Below, in pieces: positions 9,370 to 22,225 of a stretch of 64,000 nt of DNA. Each line of letters begins with the position of its first letter. The first letter of the stretch is position 1. Source of the stretch: Pseudomonadota bacterium (GTDB lineage Bacteria > Campylobacterota > Campylobacteria > Campylobacterales > Sulfurimonadaceae); the NCBI GenBank assembly GCA_043797085.1, contig JAZDQA010000014.1, positions 1-64,000 on the forward strand, given 5' to 3'. The notes beneath the pieces are model-generated. The model saw only the letters and a list, made by a program, of their open reading frames with translations. It did no database searches and had not been told where the DNA came from. The position numbers and the translations under genes are program-made.

Positions 9370-10128
9370 TTAGGTATTTTTAGCAAGATAACGCTCTAAT
9401 TTTTGAAGTTTATGATTCAATGAAACGATTTTTGATTCTTCATCCAAAAGGGAAAGTTTATGTTCTATAACTCCAGTAGGGGTAATCACCCGACTTCCGC
9501 CCCAAAACCCAAGTCCATCTTCAAAACCGACGCGATTCACAAAAACAACATACGCTTTGGTCAACAGTGCAAGGGATTTTAACAAGGCATCCCATTGAGA
9601 TTCGATCAACAATCCGCTGTCGCTAAAATCACGAGCAGGTGAAGCTGCCAATACATAAATCACATCCGTATCCAATGCTGCAAGAGCAGCAAAAGTCTGC
9701 GCTCTCCAAACATCTTCACACACAACCATAGCCGCAGTTCCATAGTCTGTTTGAAAACTCTTTATTTCATTTCCTGCAGCGAAGTAACGCCCCTCTTCAA
9801 ACATTCCATACGTCGGAAGATGATTTTTATGATGGATATGTAGCAACTCCCCTTTAGAAAAATAAAGGGCACTGTTATACACTTTCCCATCATCCCAAAT
9901 CGCTGCACCTATGACAATATCACACAACTTACTAGCATTTGCCAACGGCACTAACTCATCGAGATTCCATGCATCTTCAAAAAGTTTATCTTGAAGCATA
10001 TAGCCACTCAGTGCCAATTCTGGAAAAATCACCGCATCGGCATCTGAATGCGCATTAATGAGGTTTAATACACTCTCCAAATTCGAGCGATTGAGTTTAG
10101 GTGCGCATTGGATTAAAGCTATTTTCAT
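9370..10128 (-). CDS. Carbon-nitrogen hydrolase resembling the glutaminase domain of NAD synthetase
   Basis: E-K-C triad: FPEL, HKNHLP.YGMFEEGRYF, CEDVW. Start moved to MKIALIQ (ATGA overlap with fabD). Confidence 0.85.
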   Translation of the reverse strand: MKIALIQCAPKLNRSNLESVLNLINAHSDADAVIFPELALSGYMLQDKLFEDAWNLDELVPLANASKLCDIVIGAAIWDDGKVYNSALYFSKGELLHIHHKNHLPTYGMFEEGRYFAAGNEIKSFQTDYGTAAMVVCEDVWRAQTFAALAALDTDVIYVLAASPARDFSDSGLLIESQWDALLKSLALLTKAYVVFVNRVGFEDGLGFWGGSRVITPTGVIEHKLSLLDEESKIVSLNHKLQKLERYLAKNT

Positions 10129-11063
10129 GAGAGTGCTTCGCATACCTTTGCAAGTGATTCCATGTCGGAGATTCCCATGGTCTCAACATTAGGAGCATTA
10201 CGCTTATTAAGCCCTTTTAACACTGCACCATTACCAAACTCAATCATCACATCGATTTCACCGGCAATGGCTTCGATTGATTGTTTATATTTAACCGGCT
10301 GGATCAATTGAACTTTCAACCACTCAATCGCCTCTTTTTTAGTTGCATATTTTTGCGTCGTTGCATTGGAAACAATCGGCGCGCTAAAGGTATCGTTGAC
10401 TTTTGCTTCCATCGCTTCACCCAATGGTTCCATCGCACTTGATAAAAGAGGACAATGGCTCGCAATCGACATATTCAGCAACAATGCCCGTTTTGCTCCC
10501 GCTTCTTTGAAGACACTCTCCATAGCGCTCAAATCTTCTTTGATTCCGGCAACCACAAGCTGACCGTTTTGGTTAAAGTTAGCCGGCCAAACCCGTTTCC
10601 CCTCTCCATTGGCTTTTAGACAAAGTTCTTCAACGACACTGTCATCCAAGCCCAAAATCGCCATCATACCGGCATTAATATCAGCACATGCAGCTTGCAT
10701 CAATAACCCGCGCGTATGTACCAACTCCACTGCATCAACATAATCAATTGCACCGCTCGCACACAATGCACTAAATTCACCCAATGAGTGCCCTAAAAAT
10801 AAAACAGCATCCGTGGGGTGAGCTTCTTGAAATAATTTATAGGCAATCAAAGAAACCAATAAAATAGCAGGTTGTGTATATGCCGTCTCATTAATCTGCT
10901 CGTTTTCTTCAAACAATAATTTGGTAAAATCCACACCGATACGTTCGCCTGCACGCTCGAACATTTCACGAGCCAATGGACTGTTTTCATAAAAAGATTT
11001 CCCCATACCGATACTTTGAGAGCCTTGTCCCGGAAAAATCATTGTAATTTTTTTTGAGTTCAT
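10125..11063 (-). CDS. fabD: Malonyl-CoA:ACP transacylase
   Basis: FPGQGSQ, TQPAI, GHSLGE, SH.PL. Confidence 0.96.
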   Translation of the reverse strand: MNSKKITMIFPGQGSQSIGMGKSFYENSPLAREMFERAGERIGVDFTKLLFEENEQINETAYTQPAILLVSLIAYKLFQEAHPTDAVLFLGHSLGEFSALCASGAIDYVDAVELVHTRGLLMQAACADINAGMMAILGLDDSVVEELCLKANGEGKRVWPANFNQNGQLVVAGIKEDLSAMESVFKEAGAKRALLLNMSIASHCPLLSSAMEPLGEAMEAKVNDTFSAPIVSNATTQKYATKKEAIEWLKVQLIQPVKYKQSIEAIAGEIDVMIEFGNGAVLKGLNKRNAPNVETMGISDMESLAKVCEALS

Positions 11064-11065
11064 TT

Positions 11066-11833
11066 TTATTCCTTTATTTCAAGTTTATACGGTGCGTGTT
11101 CTATGATTTTTTTACGTAATGTATTACGATTGAGTCCTAATTTATCCGATAATTGCAACTGAGATTTAAACTTCTTTATTCCTGCACGGATCAAAGGAAC
11201 TTCATATAAATGCAAAAACTTTCGGTAATCATTATTACTACCCAGCTTCTGAAACAAGAAATTTTCCATGATACCCATGAGATCTTCTTCACCAACACTG
11301 CTTAACAAGCAATGCAAATAAACTTGTCTGCGCAGGGAAAGAGCATTTTCACTCACATCCGGAATAAATTTACTCGTATCGATAGTATCCATTTTCCCAA
11401 ATGTCTCTTGCGCTTCTCGCATAAACAAATCGATAAGCATTGCAATATCTTCAGGACGTTCGCTCAAAGAGGGAATGCTAAGACGAATAGAAAAAATATT
11501 TTCTAATTGTTCCTGAGAAAAACGAAATCCACCCGTTGCAATAATACGTGTTTTGGTTCGACTGAGAGTCTCTTCAAATCGCTTTAGGTTGGAAATATCG
11601 TCAATTCTATGGATAATAATAGCGTTATGCTTTTCCAATGCATCCAAAAGTTCATCAAAATTACTGGCATCAATAACAGGAGCATGGGGTAATATGTAAC
11701 GAGCGAGGGTAAGTTTTCCAGTCCCGCGTGCACCAATAATTATGGCACTGACCGATAGACCTTTTAATAGATTAGCAGTTTTAAACGCCTCAAGCGAGGC
11801 GCTTGAAGCAGTTAAGAAATTAGTGACATCCAC
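11066..11833 (-). CDS. Degenerate sigma54-activator-like AAA domain with Fis-type HTH
   Basis: GARGTGK Walker A, IPSLSERPEDI, LGLNRNTLRKK; start uncertain (GTG at 11833 preferred over 11881). Confidence 0.75.
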   Translation of the reverse strand: MDVTNFLTASSASLEAFKTANLLKGLSVSAIIIGARGTGKLTLARYILPHAPVIDASNFDELLDALEKHNAIIIHRIDDISNLKRFEETLSRTKTRIIATGGFRFSQEQLENIFSIRLSIPSLSERPEDIAMLIDLFMREAQETFGKMDTIDTSKFIPDVSENALSLRRQVYLHCLLSSVGEEDLMGIMENFLFQKLGSNNDYRKFLHLYEVPLIRAGIKKFKSQLQLSDKLGLNRNTLRKKIIEHAPYKLEIKE

Positions 11834-12341
11834 AGCCGTGGTTACCACCGCTTCCGCAACATCCGCTGTCATCGACAGCATTTTCAGCAGGAATACCGCT
11901 CATTGCTTCTTCAGGAGATGCATCACGAACAACATTGATAGTGACGGTAAACATTAAATCTTTACCGGCTAGAGGATGATTAAAGTCGATAATAACATTC
12001 TCCTCATTTACCTCTTTAACGGTTACTTGAACCGTTCCGCCGTCTTCACCTTGACCATACAATGTCATTCCAGGATTCAAATCAATACCTGCAAATTGCT
12101 CACGTGGAAGCTCTTGCTGTGCATCTTCATTGTAATCGCCGTATGCATCGACAGCCTTAACCATCACGTCACCTTTTTCACCCATAGACATGTGTGCAAT
12201 CCCATTTTCTAAACCAGGAATAATTTGCCCTTTTCCAAACATAAATACTAATGGTTGACCACCGATATTACTGTCTACAACATTCGCACCATCGCGAACT
12301 TCATATTCGATCGAAACGATCTGATTTGCTTCAATTGCCAT
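11820..12341 (-). CDS. slyD: FKBP-type peptidyl-prolyl isomerase with Cys/His tail
   Basis: G.GQIIPGLE, DFNHPLAGKDL, C-terminal CCGSGGNHGCGCH. Confidence 0.95.
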   Translation of the reverse strand: MAIEANQIVSIEYEVRDGANVVDSNIGGQPLVFMFGKGQIIPGLENGIAHMSMGEKGDVMVKAVDAYGDYNEDAQQELPREQFAGIDLNPGMTLYGQGEDGGTVQVTVKEVNEENVIIDFNHPLAGKDLMFTVTINVVRDASPEEAMSGIPAENAVDDSGCCGSGGNHGCGCH

Positions 12342-12417
12342 TGATTTGCCTTACAAATTTTAAGATAATGCGATTTTAGCACATTTAGCTATAGATAGGC
12401 TGAAAACCCTCATATAG

Positions 12418-13290
12418 CTATTTGAGTTTAGAGAGTTTTTTTTCTGCTTCAAGCGCTGCACCGGATCCTGAAAATTTTGAAACCGTTGCTTTATAAAATG
12501 CTTTTGCATTGGCAACGTCACCATTTTTTTCCATTGAGATCCCTGTATGCAGTAAAAGAGTTGGCATAATAGGTGCTTTTTCATTTTCAGAAGCGCTTTG
12601 CTTATAATAAGAAATAGCCTCTTTATATTTTTTTTGCTCAAAATAGAGTTCACCCAGCCAAAAATTAGCTTCGGAAGATTTGTACTTTTTTTCTACCATC
12701 ATTTCAAAATAAAGTTGAGCTTCCGAATATTTTTTTTGCTCGAAAAGTTTTTTTGCCTCTTTTTCAATACTTGAATTATCCATTTTGTTTGGAATAACCT
12801 TGCTTGAACCGGGAAGAGAAATTTTAAGTTGTTTCACCAAAGCACTAAACTCTTCTTTCGTAACGTACGAGCTATTAATTTCATCAACAGTCTGTGAAAG
12901 CTCTTCAAGTAGTGTTTTAAGCTGCGTAATATTATCGCTGTTCGTACTGCTTTGCTTAATAAGTTCATCAATCAATTTGGATTTGTTTTGATCACTCATC
13001 GACTCACTGACTTTTTGCAAAGCTATTTTATGCTCATTTACCGATTGCCCAAGCCCTTCTACAATACCCTGCATCCCATCAAGCCGTTCTGTAACTGACT
13101 CAACCTTAGCACTTTGAAGATTATTCTTATGCGCAATCCCTTGAATCTCTTTTTTATTTTCTTGAATTAATTTTTCTTCATGTGTCAGACCATAAGGATT
13201 GGGATTGTTAAGATCACCTGCACCAAAAACCGAAGGTTCTGATGCAAATACAAAAGATGTGAGAAGAGAAATGACTACAAGAGAACGCAT
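12418..13290 (-). CDS. cpoB: Periplasmic coiled-coil/TPR protein CpoB (YbgF)-like
   Basis: Signal peptide, EPSVFG, coiled coil, TPRs; directly downstream of pal. Confidence 0.8.
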   Translation of the reverse strand: MRSLVVISLLTSFVFASEPSVFGAGDLNNPNPYGLTHEEKLIQENKKEIQGIAHKNNLQSAKVESVTERLDGMQGIVEGLGQSVNEHKIALQKVSESMSDQNKSKLIDELIKQSSTNSDNITQLKTLLEELSQTVDEINSSYVTKEEFSALVKQLKISLPGSSKVIPNKMDNSSIEKEAKKLFEQKKYSEAQLYFEMMVEKKYKSSEANFWLGELYFEQKKYKEAISYYKQSASENEKAPIMPTLLLHTGISMEKNGDVANAKAFYKATVSKFSGSGAALEAEKKLSKLK

Positions 13291-13884
13291 TTACGGAAGC
13301 TTAAGATCAACACGACGATTTTTTGCCCAGCACTCTTGCGTTTTTTCCAAACAAACAGGATTGCCTTCGCCAAGGCTAGTCATGCTAATAGAATCTGCAC
13401 TAATACCTTCATTAAGCAAAGCAGTTTTAACCGCATTAGCACGTTTTAATCCCAGTGCAAAGTTATATTCATCACTGCCGAATTCATCACAGTTACCTTC
13501 AAGTTTAAAGGTTTTGTTTTTAACCAATGTACTGTTTATTTTTATATTTTCTTGCATATCATCACGGATATCAAACTTATCGTAATCAAACAAGATACTC
13601 GTGATCCCTTGGACTTTTACATTATCTATATTATTACTTCCTGTTGTACCATTTAAACTCGTATCCGTTGGACTGACATCAGTCACGGGAGTGATAATAG
13701 CGGTAGTATCTCCTCCTGCACTTTGTGTTGTACTTGGAGTTTGATTGGAACTTGTATTTCCTGAAGTACTTCCGCTGCCTAAAGTACTTCCATTGGCTGT
13801 CGCATCAATCGTTGGCTCTTTTGTTGTACATCCACTAAAAACTAACAGTGCTAAAATTGCACTCATATATGCTATACGTTTCAT
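13291..13884 (-). CDS. pal: Peptidoglycan-associated lipoprotein
   Basis: Lipobox FSGC, FDYDK, EGNCDEFGSDEYN.ALG..RA, KNRRV. Confidence 0.93.
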   Translation of the reverse strand: MKRIAYMSAILALLVFSGCTTKEPTIDATANGSTLGSGSTSGNTSSNQTPSTTQSAGGDTTAIITPVTDVSPTDTSLNGTTGSNNIDNVKVQGITSILFDYDKFDIRDDMQENIKINSTLVKNKTFKLEGNCDEFGSDEYNFALGLKRANAVKTALLNEGISADSISMTSLGEGNPVCLEKTQECWAKNRRVDLKLP

Positions 13885-13935
13885 TTAAAACCCTTTGAAA
13901 TTATCTAATGCAAAATTATACCAAAAAAAGGTTAA

Positions 13936-15165
13936 TCACCAATCCAGCGACTGTATTCGACCAACATGAAGAGGGAAGCTGAAACTTTTATTGAGCCCTA
14001 TTCTAATAATCCCTACAAAACTGCGAGACCCTTCTTGTTTAATATGTAAAATAGCTTCACCATCGTATGAGAATCTCGGATAATCATTATCACCGCTACT
14101 GGTTAATACTCTGCTGCCCGTATTATTTAATGAGGCTAAACGTAAATCAAATCCGCCACCATCACGTGTTTTATAAACTAATAAATGGCGATACGTCGTA
14201 AAGGATGAGTTATTTTTTCCTTCATAAACCAATTGGGTTATAGCCGTACTGTTCATTTTTTTAGAAAAAATATTGGGGTTTCCAAAACGGTTCGAGACAA
14301 AGGCAATGGTATCGCGTCCCATAAACTGCCCATTGACATCAATTCCTGAATAATCCGTGATTCTTGTTTTTTCATTCGTAATTAAATCATAAAGGTAAAT
14401 ATCCGGCTGTCCGTTAGGAGCTAACGTCAATAATAATTTCGTACCATCTTCACTCACATCCGAGCATACCGCCATACCATCTGATGATGTAATAGAGCGT
14501 TTACTGCCAGATAGCAAGTTCGCTTTATAAATTGTAGGTTTAAAATCACTGAGCGATGTGTAATAAAAATCTGTCTGTTCTCTGTTCGCCCATTTAGCAA
14601 AACCATACATTCCACCGGTTAAAATTACCTTTTGATACGCAAGCGTATAATCAGCTGCAACAATCTCAGAACGTCTTGCGCCACTCAAACGTACTAATAA
14701 CACCTTACGCTTCATCCACTCCAAGGGAGCTCCACCCATTTTTGTATTAATATCGTATGCAATGGAATGAGAGAGAAAAACCAGCATTTCTTTTTGTTTT
14801 AAGAGGTAGGTTTTACTAAAAAGCTCTAAAGTATTTTGAAGAAGTCTTACTTCTGCCTTGAATCCGCCATGTCCGTCATCTGCCAACCGATACCGTAGTA
14901 TATAGCCAGATTCTTTATGTGCCGGCGAAGGCTGTAAACTCTCAAACCCCTGCATTGCATACGAATCATCCACACTGAATAAAGATACGACTTTCATGTC
15001 TGCACTTAGCATTTTATGAAATTTTTGTGTTTCAGAGCCTGCAAAAGTACTTCCGTCTTCAATAACAAATGTAGGCAATACCCCTACATTTTTAGTTACT
15101 TCTAGGGTTGCATCTGCACCCCAAAGTGTAATAATAGATAAAATAAAAAGTATCCAATAACGCAT
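13936..15165 (-). CDS. tolB: Tol-Pal beta-propeller protein
   Basis: PD40-like repeats (SEDG..L...QPDIY, FVSNR.G.PNIF, PRFS.DG); position in tol-pal. Confidence 0.9.
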   Translation of the reverse strand: MRYWILFILSIITLWGADATLEVTKNVGVLPTFVIEDGSTFAGSETQKFHKMLSADMKVVSLFSVDDSYAMQGFESLQPSPAHKESGYILRYRLADDGHGGFKAEVRLLQNTLELFSKTYLLKQKEMLVFLSHSIAYDINTKMGGAPLEWMKRKVLLVRLSGARRSEIVAADYTLAYQKVILTGGMYGFAKWANREQTDFYYTSLSDFKPTIYKANLLSGSKRSITSSDGMAVCSDVSEDGTKLLLTLAPNGQPDIYLYDLITNEKTRITDYSGIDVNGQFMGRDTIAFVSNRFGNPNIFSKKMNSTAITQLVYEGKNNSSFTTYRHLLVYKTRDGGGFDLRLASLNNTGSRVLTSSGDNDYPRFSYDGEAILHIKQEGSRSFVGIIRIGLNKSFSFPLHVGRIQSLDW

Positions 15166-15166
15166 A

Positions 15167-15925
15167 TTAATCCTTAGCCGTCAAAATAATTTCAAAAATA
15201 GCTTCTTCACCCTTTGGATTTTTTGGAAGGGCCACTTGACGTAATCGTTCCTTTAACCAATCTACCTCAGCATTAAATACTGCATTTCCTGAAGCACTTA
15301 TAACACGATAAGAATCAAGCTTTCCATCAGGAGTTAATACAATACGAACACGAGCAGCAAATCCTTCAGTACCTGTTGCAGGGTGAAAGTTGGCATAAAT
15401 TATTCCTTGAACTTTAGCATAGTATTCGTTTACCTTTGGTCCGCCCGAAGCTGCAATAACTTTAACGCCAGGCTTTGCCAAATCAAGATTTTTTGCCTTT
15501 TCGAAAAGTTGTGATGAACGTTTGGTTGAAAGAACTTTTTCTTCTAAAGCACTCAATTCTGAAAGCTCTTTAGTATTTTGTTTGGATTCTTTAGGAATAT
15601 GCTTTACTTTAACGTTCGAAAAAAGATCGGTAATTTCTGGTTGAACTTTTTCCACTTTTTCTACTTTTGGCAATTGTGATTTTGATTTTTGTTCTATTAC
15701 TGGTTCTGTTGCTGGAACTTCTTCTGAAGTTATATTTTCAGACTTGGAGTCAATAGGGGCAGAAGAATCAAGTGATATAGAAATAACATCACTTTGAATC
15801 GATGCATAAGCGATAGGTTTTACAAAAACATTGGCTTGCCAGGCAATAATGACTACAAGCATACTAAATAAAAAAAAAGAAGCGATACCGCTTAAAACAA
15901 AAAGACGATTATTTTCTGTGGGCAT
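15167..15925 (-). CDS. tolA: TolA/TonB C-terminal domain protein
   Basis: N-terminal TM, charged linker, SASGN..FN TonB_2-like end; synteny. Confidence 0.75.
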   Translation of the reverse strand: MPTENNRLFVLSGIASFFLFSMLVVIIAWQANVFVKPIAYASIQSDVISISLDSSAPIDSKSENITSEEVPATEPVIEQKSKSQLPKVEKVEKVQPEITDLFSNVKVKHIPKESKQNTKELSELSALEEKVLSTKRSSQLFEKAKNLDLAKPGVKVIAASGGPKVNEYYAKVQGIIYANFHPATGTEGFAARVRIVLTPDGKLDSYRVISASGNAVFNAEVDWLKERLRQVALPKNPKGEEAIFEIILTAKD

Positions 15926-15931
15926 GAAAAA

Positions 15932-16321
15932 TTAGTTGCTCGTAGCAAGAGAAATATTGGTAAGCCCCGAGCGCTTAACCCCACTCATCACTCCCATAAC
16001 ATCACCGTATTGGAGACTTTTATCTGCACTGATTCGAACCACACTCTCACGCGGAAATTGATTCGAAAAAAGGGCAAAATTATCACTGAAGGTAGCAAAC
16101 TCAAACGGCTGCTTATTAACCGTAATACGTTTGGAATCTGTAATAACAATTTCTATCTGTTTTTTTTCTTTTACTTCCATTTGAGCAGTCCCTTTAGGAA
16201 GTTTAATCAACTCTTCATAGATGATATTTGGTGTGATAACCATCAATACTGCCAATAGTACCAACATTACATCCACAAGCGGAGTAATGTTAAGTTCTGG
16301 TTTTTCATCCCAATCAAACAT
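15932..16321 (-). CDS. tolR: TolR/ExbD family protein
   Basis: NITPLVDVMLVLL, ADK...YG.V. Confidence 0.9.
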   Translation of the reverse strand: MFDWDEKPELNITPLVDVMLVLLAVLMVITPNIIYEELIKLPKGTAQMEVKEKKQIEIVITDSKRITVNKQPFEFATFSDNFALFSNQFPRESVVRISADKSLQYGDVMGVMSGVKRSGLTNISLATSN

Positions 16322-16323
16322 AT

Positions 16324-16890
16324 TTAAGACTCTTTAGAAAGTATCGAATCGCTTTGCATACGAATTAAGCCAACCACTTCAAAGGATTGACGCTTTAAGA
16401 TTTGGTGATACGTATACGCAAAAATTGCAACAAAAATACCCGAGGCAGTAGCAACAAGCGCATCCGAAACTCCAGAGGCAATAATACTCATTGTTCCATC
16501 AGACCCGCCAATATGCTTAAACGTATCCAAAATTGAAATAACTGTTCCAAATAAACCGATAAAAGGGGTCGTAGAAGCTACAATAGACAATATCGTCAAC
16601 CCTTTTGTCGCCTCTTTTGTCGATGCATAGTGCGCTAAATCAGATAATGGTTTTGTCAAAAGAGTGGCAGATTTTACAAATGGAGATAAAAAAGAGCGGT
16701 CATTGAGTCTCTCTGATCCCATTAAAAGTGCTTCCAATGAATCATTCTCAATATCAATCCATTCATTTAGAGAAATCCAACGATAAAGAAAAACCCAATT
16801 TATTAGGATAAAGTAAAGAGAAAGAACCAGCAACACACCAAGTGTTACCGGATGGCTTTTTGCAATAAAATCAGAAAAAAGCTCAAACAT
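16324..16890 (-). CDS. tolQ: TolQ/ExbB/MotA proton channel
   Basis: PFIGLFGTV, ALVATA.G..VAI. Confidence 0.9.
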   Translation of the reverse strand: MFELFSDFIAKSHPVTLGVLLVLSLYFILINWVFLYRWISLNEWIDIENDSLEALLMGSERLNDRSFLSPFVKSATLLTKPLSDLAHYASTKEATKGLTILSIVASTTPFIGLFGTVISILDTFKHIGGSDGTMSIIASGVSDALVATASGIFVAIFAYTYHQILKRQSFEVVGLIRMQSDSILSKES

Positions 16891-16895
16891 GAGTG

Positions 16896-17291
16896 TTAGA
16901 ACAGATGAGAGTGAGCAGCAGATTCAATACGAGCAGAAACAGACGCGATCATAACATGAGAATCCGCAACACTGCTAATAAGAGCTTTTGCTTCATCAAG
17001 TGCAATAGCGATATCACTATCACTATCACCACGAATTGCAACAGCACCATCGACCAATACGGTTACCGTATTGTTTGCAACTTGAACGACACCCCAGTTG
17101 ACAACGATGGACTCTTTTTTGCCACTCTCATGAATAATATCAATAACACCTGCTTTAAGAAGTGTTGTCAATGCCACGTGCCCAGAAAGAACACCAAATT
17201 CACCCTCTTCTCCCGGAACTGTTACAGTTGTAACAGGACCATTGAAGATGGAACCGTTTGGAGTTAGCACTTCTAAATTTAGAGTATCCAT
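16896..17291 (-). CDS. atpC: ATP synthase epsilon
   Basis: LEVLTP, PGEEGEFGVL.GH. Confidence 0.95.
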   Translation of the reverse strand: MDTLNLEVLTPNGSIFNGPVTTVTVPGEEGEFGVLSGHVALTTLLKAGVIDIIHESGKKESIVVNWGVVQVANNTVTVLVDGAVAIRGDSDSDIAIALDEAKALISSVADSHVMIASVSARIESAAHSHLF

Positions 17292-17312
17292 TTCATTCCT
17301 TATAAAAAGTAA

Positions 17313-19615
<2,303 letters not shown>

Positions 19616-19624
19616 TAAAGATCC

Positions 19625-21142
19625 TTATTGAGCAACGAAAGTAGTTTTAAACTCTTCGATCGCTTTTTTCATCATTCCCATCGTCTCATCATCAATTTTT
19701 GATGTTGTTCGGATGCTCTCAAGAATTTGCGGATAACTCGCATCAATAAATGGATAAAGATCTGATTCAAATTGCACAACAGCTGATACAGGAAGGTCAT
19801 CAAGATACCCTTCATTACCTGCAAAAATAATCAATGCTTGCTTTTCAGCTGGAATTGGAGAGTATGGAGGCTGTTTCAAAACTTCAACCATACGCTGACC
19901 ACGCTCAAGCTGCTTGCGGCTTACTTCATCCAAATCAGAAGCAAACTGTGCAAACGCTTGAAGTTCGCGATATTGTGCCAAATCAAGACGCAATGTTCCC
20001 GCAACTTGTTTCGTTGCTTTGATTTGTGCAGCACCACCAACACGTGATACAGAAAGACCTACGTTGATCGCAGGACGGATACCTGCATTGAACAAATCAG
20101 TTTCCAAGAAAATCTGACCATCAGTGATTGAGATAACGTTGGTTGGGATATACGCCGCAACGTCACCCGCTTGTGTTTCGATGATTGGAAGAGCGGTCAA
20201 AGAACCTGCACCCAATTCATCATTAACTTTTGCTGCACGCTCTAAGAGACGTGAGTGGATATAGAAAACATCCCCTGGATACGCTTCACGGCCCGGAGGA
20301 CGACGAAGGATCAAAGACATTTCACGATACGCTACTGCATGCTTAGAGAGATCATCATAAACGATCAAACCATGACGTGCTGAATCACGGAAGAATTCAC
20401 CCATCGTTACACCGGTATACGGTGCAAGGAATTGAAGTGCTGCAGCTTCAGAAGCTGATGAAGCAACGATAATCGTATACTCCATTGCGCCTGCTTCTTC
20501 AAGACGACGGATAACGTTAGCAACCGTTGATTCTTTTTGTCCGATAGCAACGTAAATACATACTACGCCGTTACCTTTTTGGTTGATAATCGCATCAAGA
20601 GCAACCGTTGTTTTACCGGTTTGACGGTCACCGATGATAAGCTCACGTTGTCCGCGTCCGATTGGAACAAGACAGTCGATTGCTTTAATACCGGTTGCCA
20701 TTGGCTCGTGTACTGATTTACGTGCCATAATTCCCGGAGCTTTTTCTTCAATGAAACGTCTTTGAGTTGTCTCAATCGGTCCTTTTCCATCAATAGGTTC
20801 ACCAAGAGCATTAACAACACGCCCAAGAAGTGCATCACCTACAGGAACTTCCAATAAACGTCCAAGACGTTTAACACTCATACCTTCACGAAGTAATTTA
20901 GCACGACCGAGAACAACGATACCGACACTGCTCTCCTCAAGATTCATAACAAGACCTTGAGTCCCGTCTTCGAATTCAACCATTTCACCGGCCATAACAT
21001 TATTTAGACCGTATACTTGGGCAATGCCATCTCCATATGAGACGATTTTACCGGTTTCATTAATATCTACATTAAGTTCGAAATTGCCAATTCGCTCTTT
21101 TATGATTGAACTGATTTCATCTGCTTGTACTTTTGCTACCAC
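19625..21142 (-). CDS. atpA: ATP synthase alpha
   Basis: [23 protein letters not shown]. Confidence 0.98.
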   Translation of the reverse strand: MVAKVQADEISSIIKERIGNFELNVDINETGKIVSYGDGIAQVYGLNNVMAGEMVEFEDGTQGLVMNLEESSVGIVVLGRAKLLREGMSVKRLGRLLEVPVGDALLGRVVNALGEPIDGKGPIETTQRRFIEEKAPGIMARKSVHEPMATGIKAIDCLVPIGRGQRELIIGDRQTGKTTVALDAIINQKGNGVVCIYVAIGQKESTVANVIRRLEEAGAMEYTIIVASSASEAAALQFLAPYTGVTMGEFFRDSARHGLIVYDDLSKHAVAYREMSLILRRPPGREAYPGDVFYIHSRLLERAAKVNDELGAGSLTALPIIETQAGDVAAYIPTNVISITDGQIFLETDLFNAGIRPAINVGLSVSRVGGAAQIKATKQVAGTLRLDLAQYRELQAFAQFASDLDEVSRKQLERGQRMVEVLKQPPYSPIPAEKQALIIFAGNEGYLDDLPVSAVVQFESDLYPFIDASYPQILESIRTTSKIDDETMGMMKKAIEEFKTTFVAQ

Positions 21143-21163
21143 TAGTTTCTCCTTTCGCGAGGG

Positions 21164-21700
21164 TTAAATTGCTTTTAAAATGTGCTCAGTGATTTGAGCA
21201 TTAAGGCGGCTTTTTGAAAAATCGATTTCAACATTGAGACCATCTACGACAACACGAACACCATCAGACTCAGAAGCTACAAACTCCAAAGAGATGCTGG
21301 CACCCATTTTTGTTCCAAGATCATTTGCAATAGAATCAATTGTCGTTTGATCGATTTTAGATACACTGTAAATACGACCTGTATAAACACGCTTAATCGA
21401 TCCAATTTGACGTTTTAACTCTTTTGCAATGGCCGGTATCAATACTAAACGTCCATTTTCACCCAAAAGCTTAATGAGGTTATTGATTTCACTACTCTTA
21501 GCACTTTCTACCATTCCAAGAATCAAGGTAGTTTTTGCAGAAGAGGCAATATCATTGCTATTCATAATTTGAAGAAATTTTGAATCATTAAAAGCAGTTG
21601 CCAAAACTGCAAAAAGATCAGAAGTGTTATCCAATGACGATGCATCTAAAATACCGACAAGAGATTGAACGTAACGTTTAGCAATCATTTCTTGCTTCAT
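21164..21700 (-). CDS. atpH: ATP synthase delta
   Basis: IAKRY, LL.ENGRL; position before atpA. Confidence 0.9.
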   Translation of the reverse strand: MKQEMIAKRYVQSLVGILDASSLDNTSDLFAVLATAFNDSKFLQIMNSNDIASSAKTTLILGMVESAKSSEINNLIKLLGENGRLVLIPAIAKELKRQIGSIKRVYTGRIYSVSKIDQTTIDSIANDLGTKMGASISLEFVASESDGVRVVVDGLNVEIDFSKSRLNAQITEHILKAI

Positions 21701-22216
21701 TTACGCCACCTTCTTTTTCAAAATATCTGTCATCGCTTCGCTACCCATACTAGAATCACTAGCTGACATAACTTCACCCATAACTTCATTAACAACGCTA
21801 CGTACCATTTGACGTTTTTCAAGATCCATTAACGCATTGCTTTGCTTTTGCATAATCTCTGCATCTTGATCACATTGAGACATAACTTTATCACTCAAAA
21901 TTTTGCACTCTTTTTTTGTCATCTCACCAAGCTCATTGACGAAACGTGTCGCTTCATCAATTTTTTGCTCAGCAGCTTCTTTAAGACGTTTTGACTCACG
22001 AAGACGCTCTTGAACTTTTTCAAGCTCACTTGCAATACCCGCACTTCGACCACCAAAATAATTTTTGATAGGCTCAGCCAAAAGATAGTAAAGAATACCC
22101 GCGAATACAAGGAAGTTGACGGTTCGCTGAACGATATCCGTTGAACCCTCATGTGCTGCATCAGAGCCAAAGAGATATGCGCTAAGCATTAATACGGTTA
22201 TTACTATTTTACCCAT
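21701..22216 (-). CDS. atpF: ATP synthase subunit b
   Basis: RTVNFLVF.GILYYL TM plus coiled coil; synteny. Confidence 0.9.
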   Translation of the reverse strand: MGKIVITVLMLSAYLFGSDAAHEGSTDIVQRTVNFLVFAGILYYLLAEPIKNYFGGRSAGIASELEKVQERLRESKRLKEAAEQKIDEATRFVNELGEMTKKECKILSDKVMSQCDQDAEIMQKQSNALMDLEKRQMVRSVVNEVMGEVMSASDSSMGSEAMTDILKKKVA

Positions 22217-22225
22217 AAACTCTCC

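Noticed and set aside
13620..13810. Ser/Thr/Gly-rich low-complexity stretch in Pal (similar one in the secretin near 49470-49560)
   Set aside because: Flexible linkers; no nucleotide-level tandem repeat
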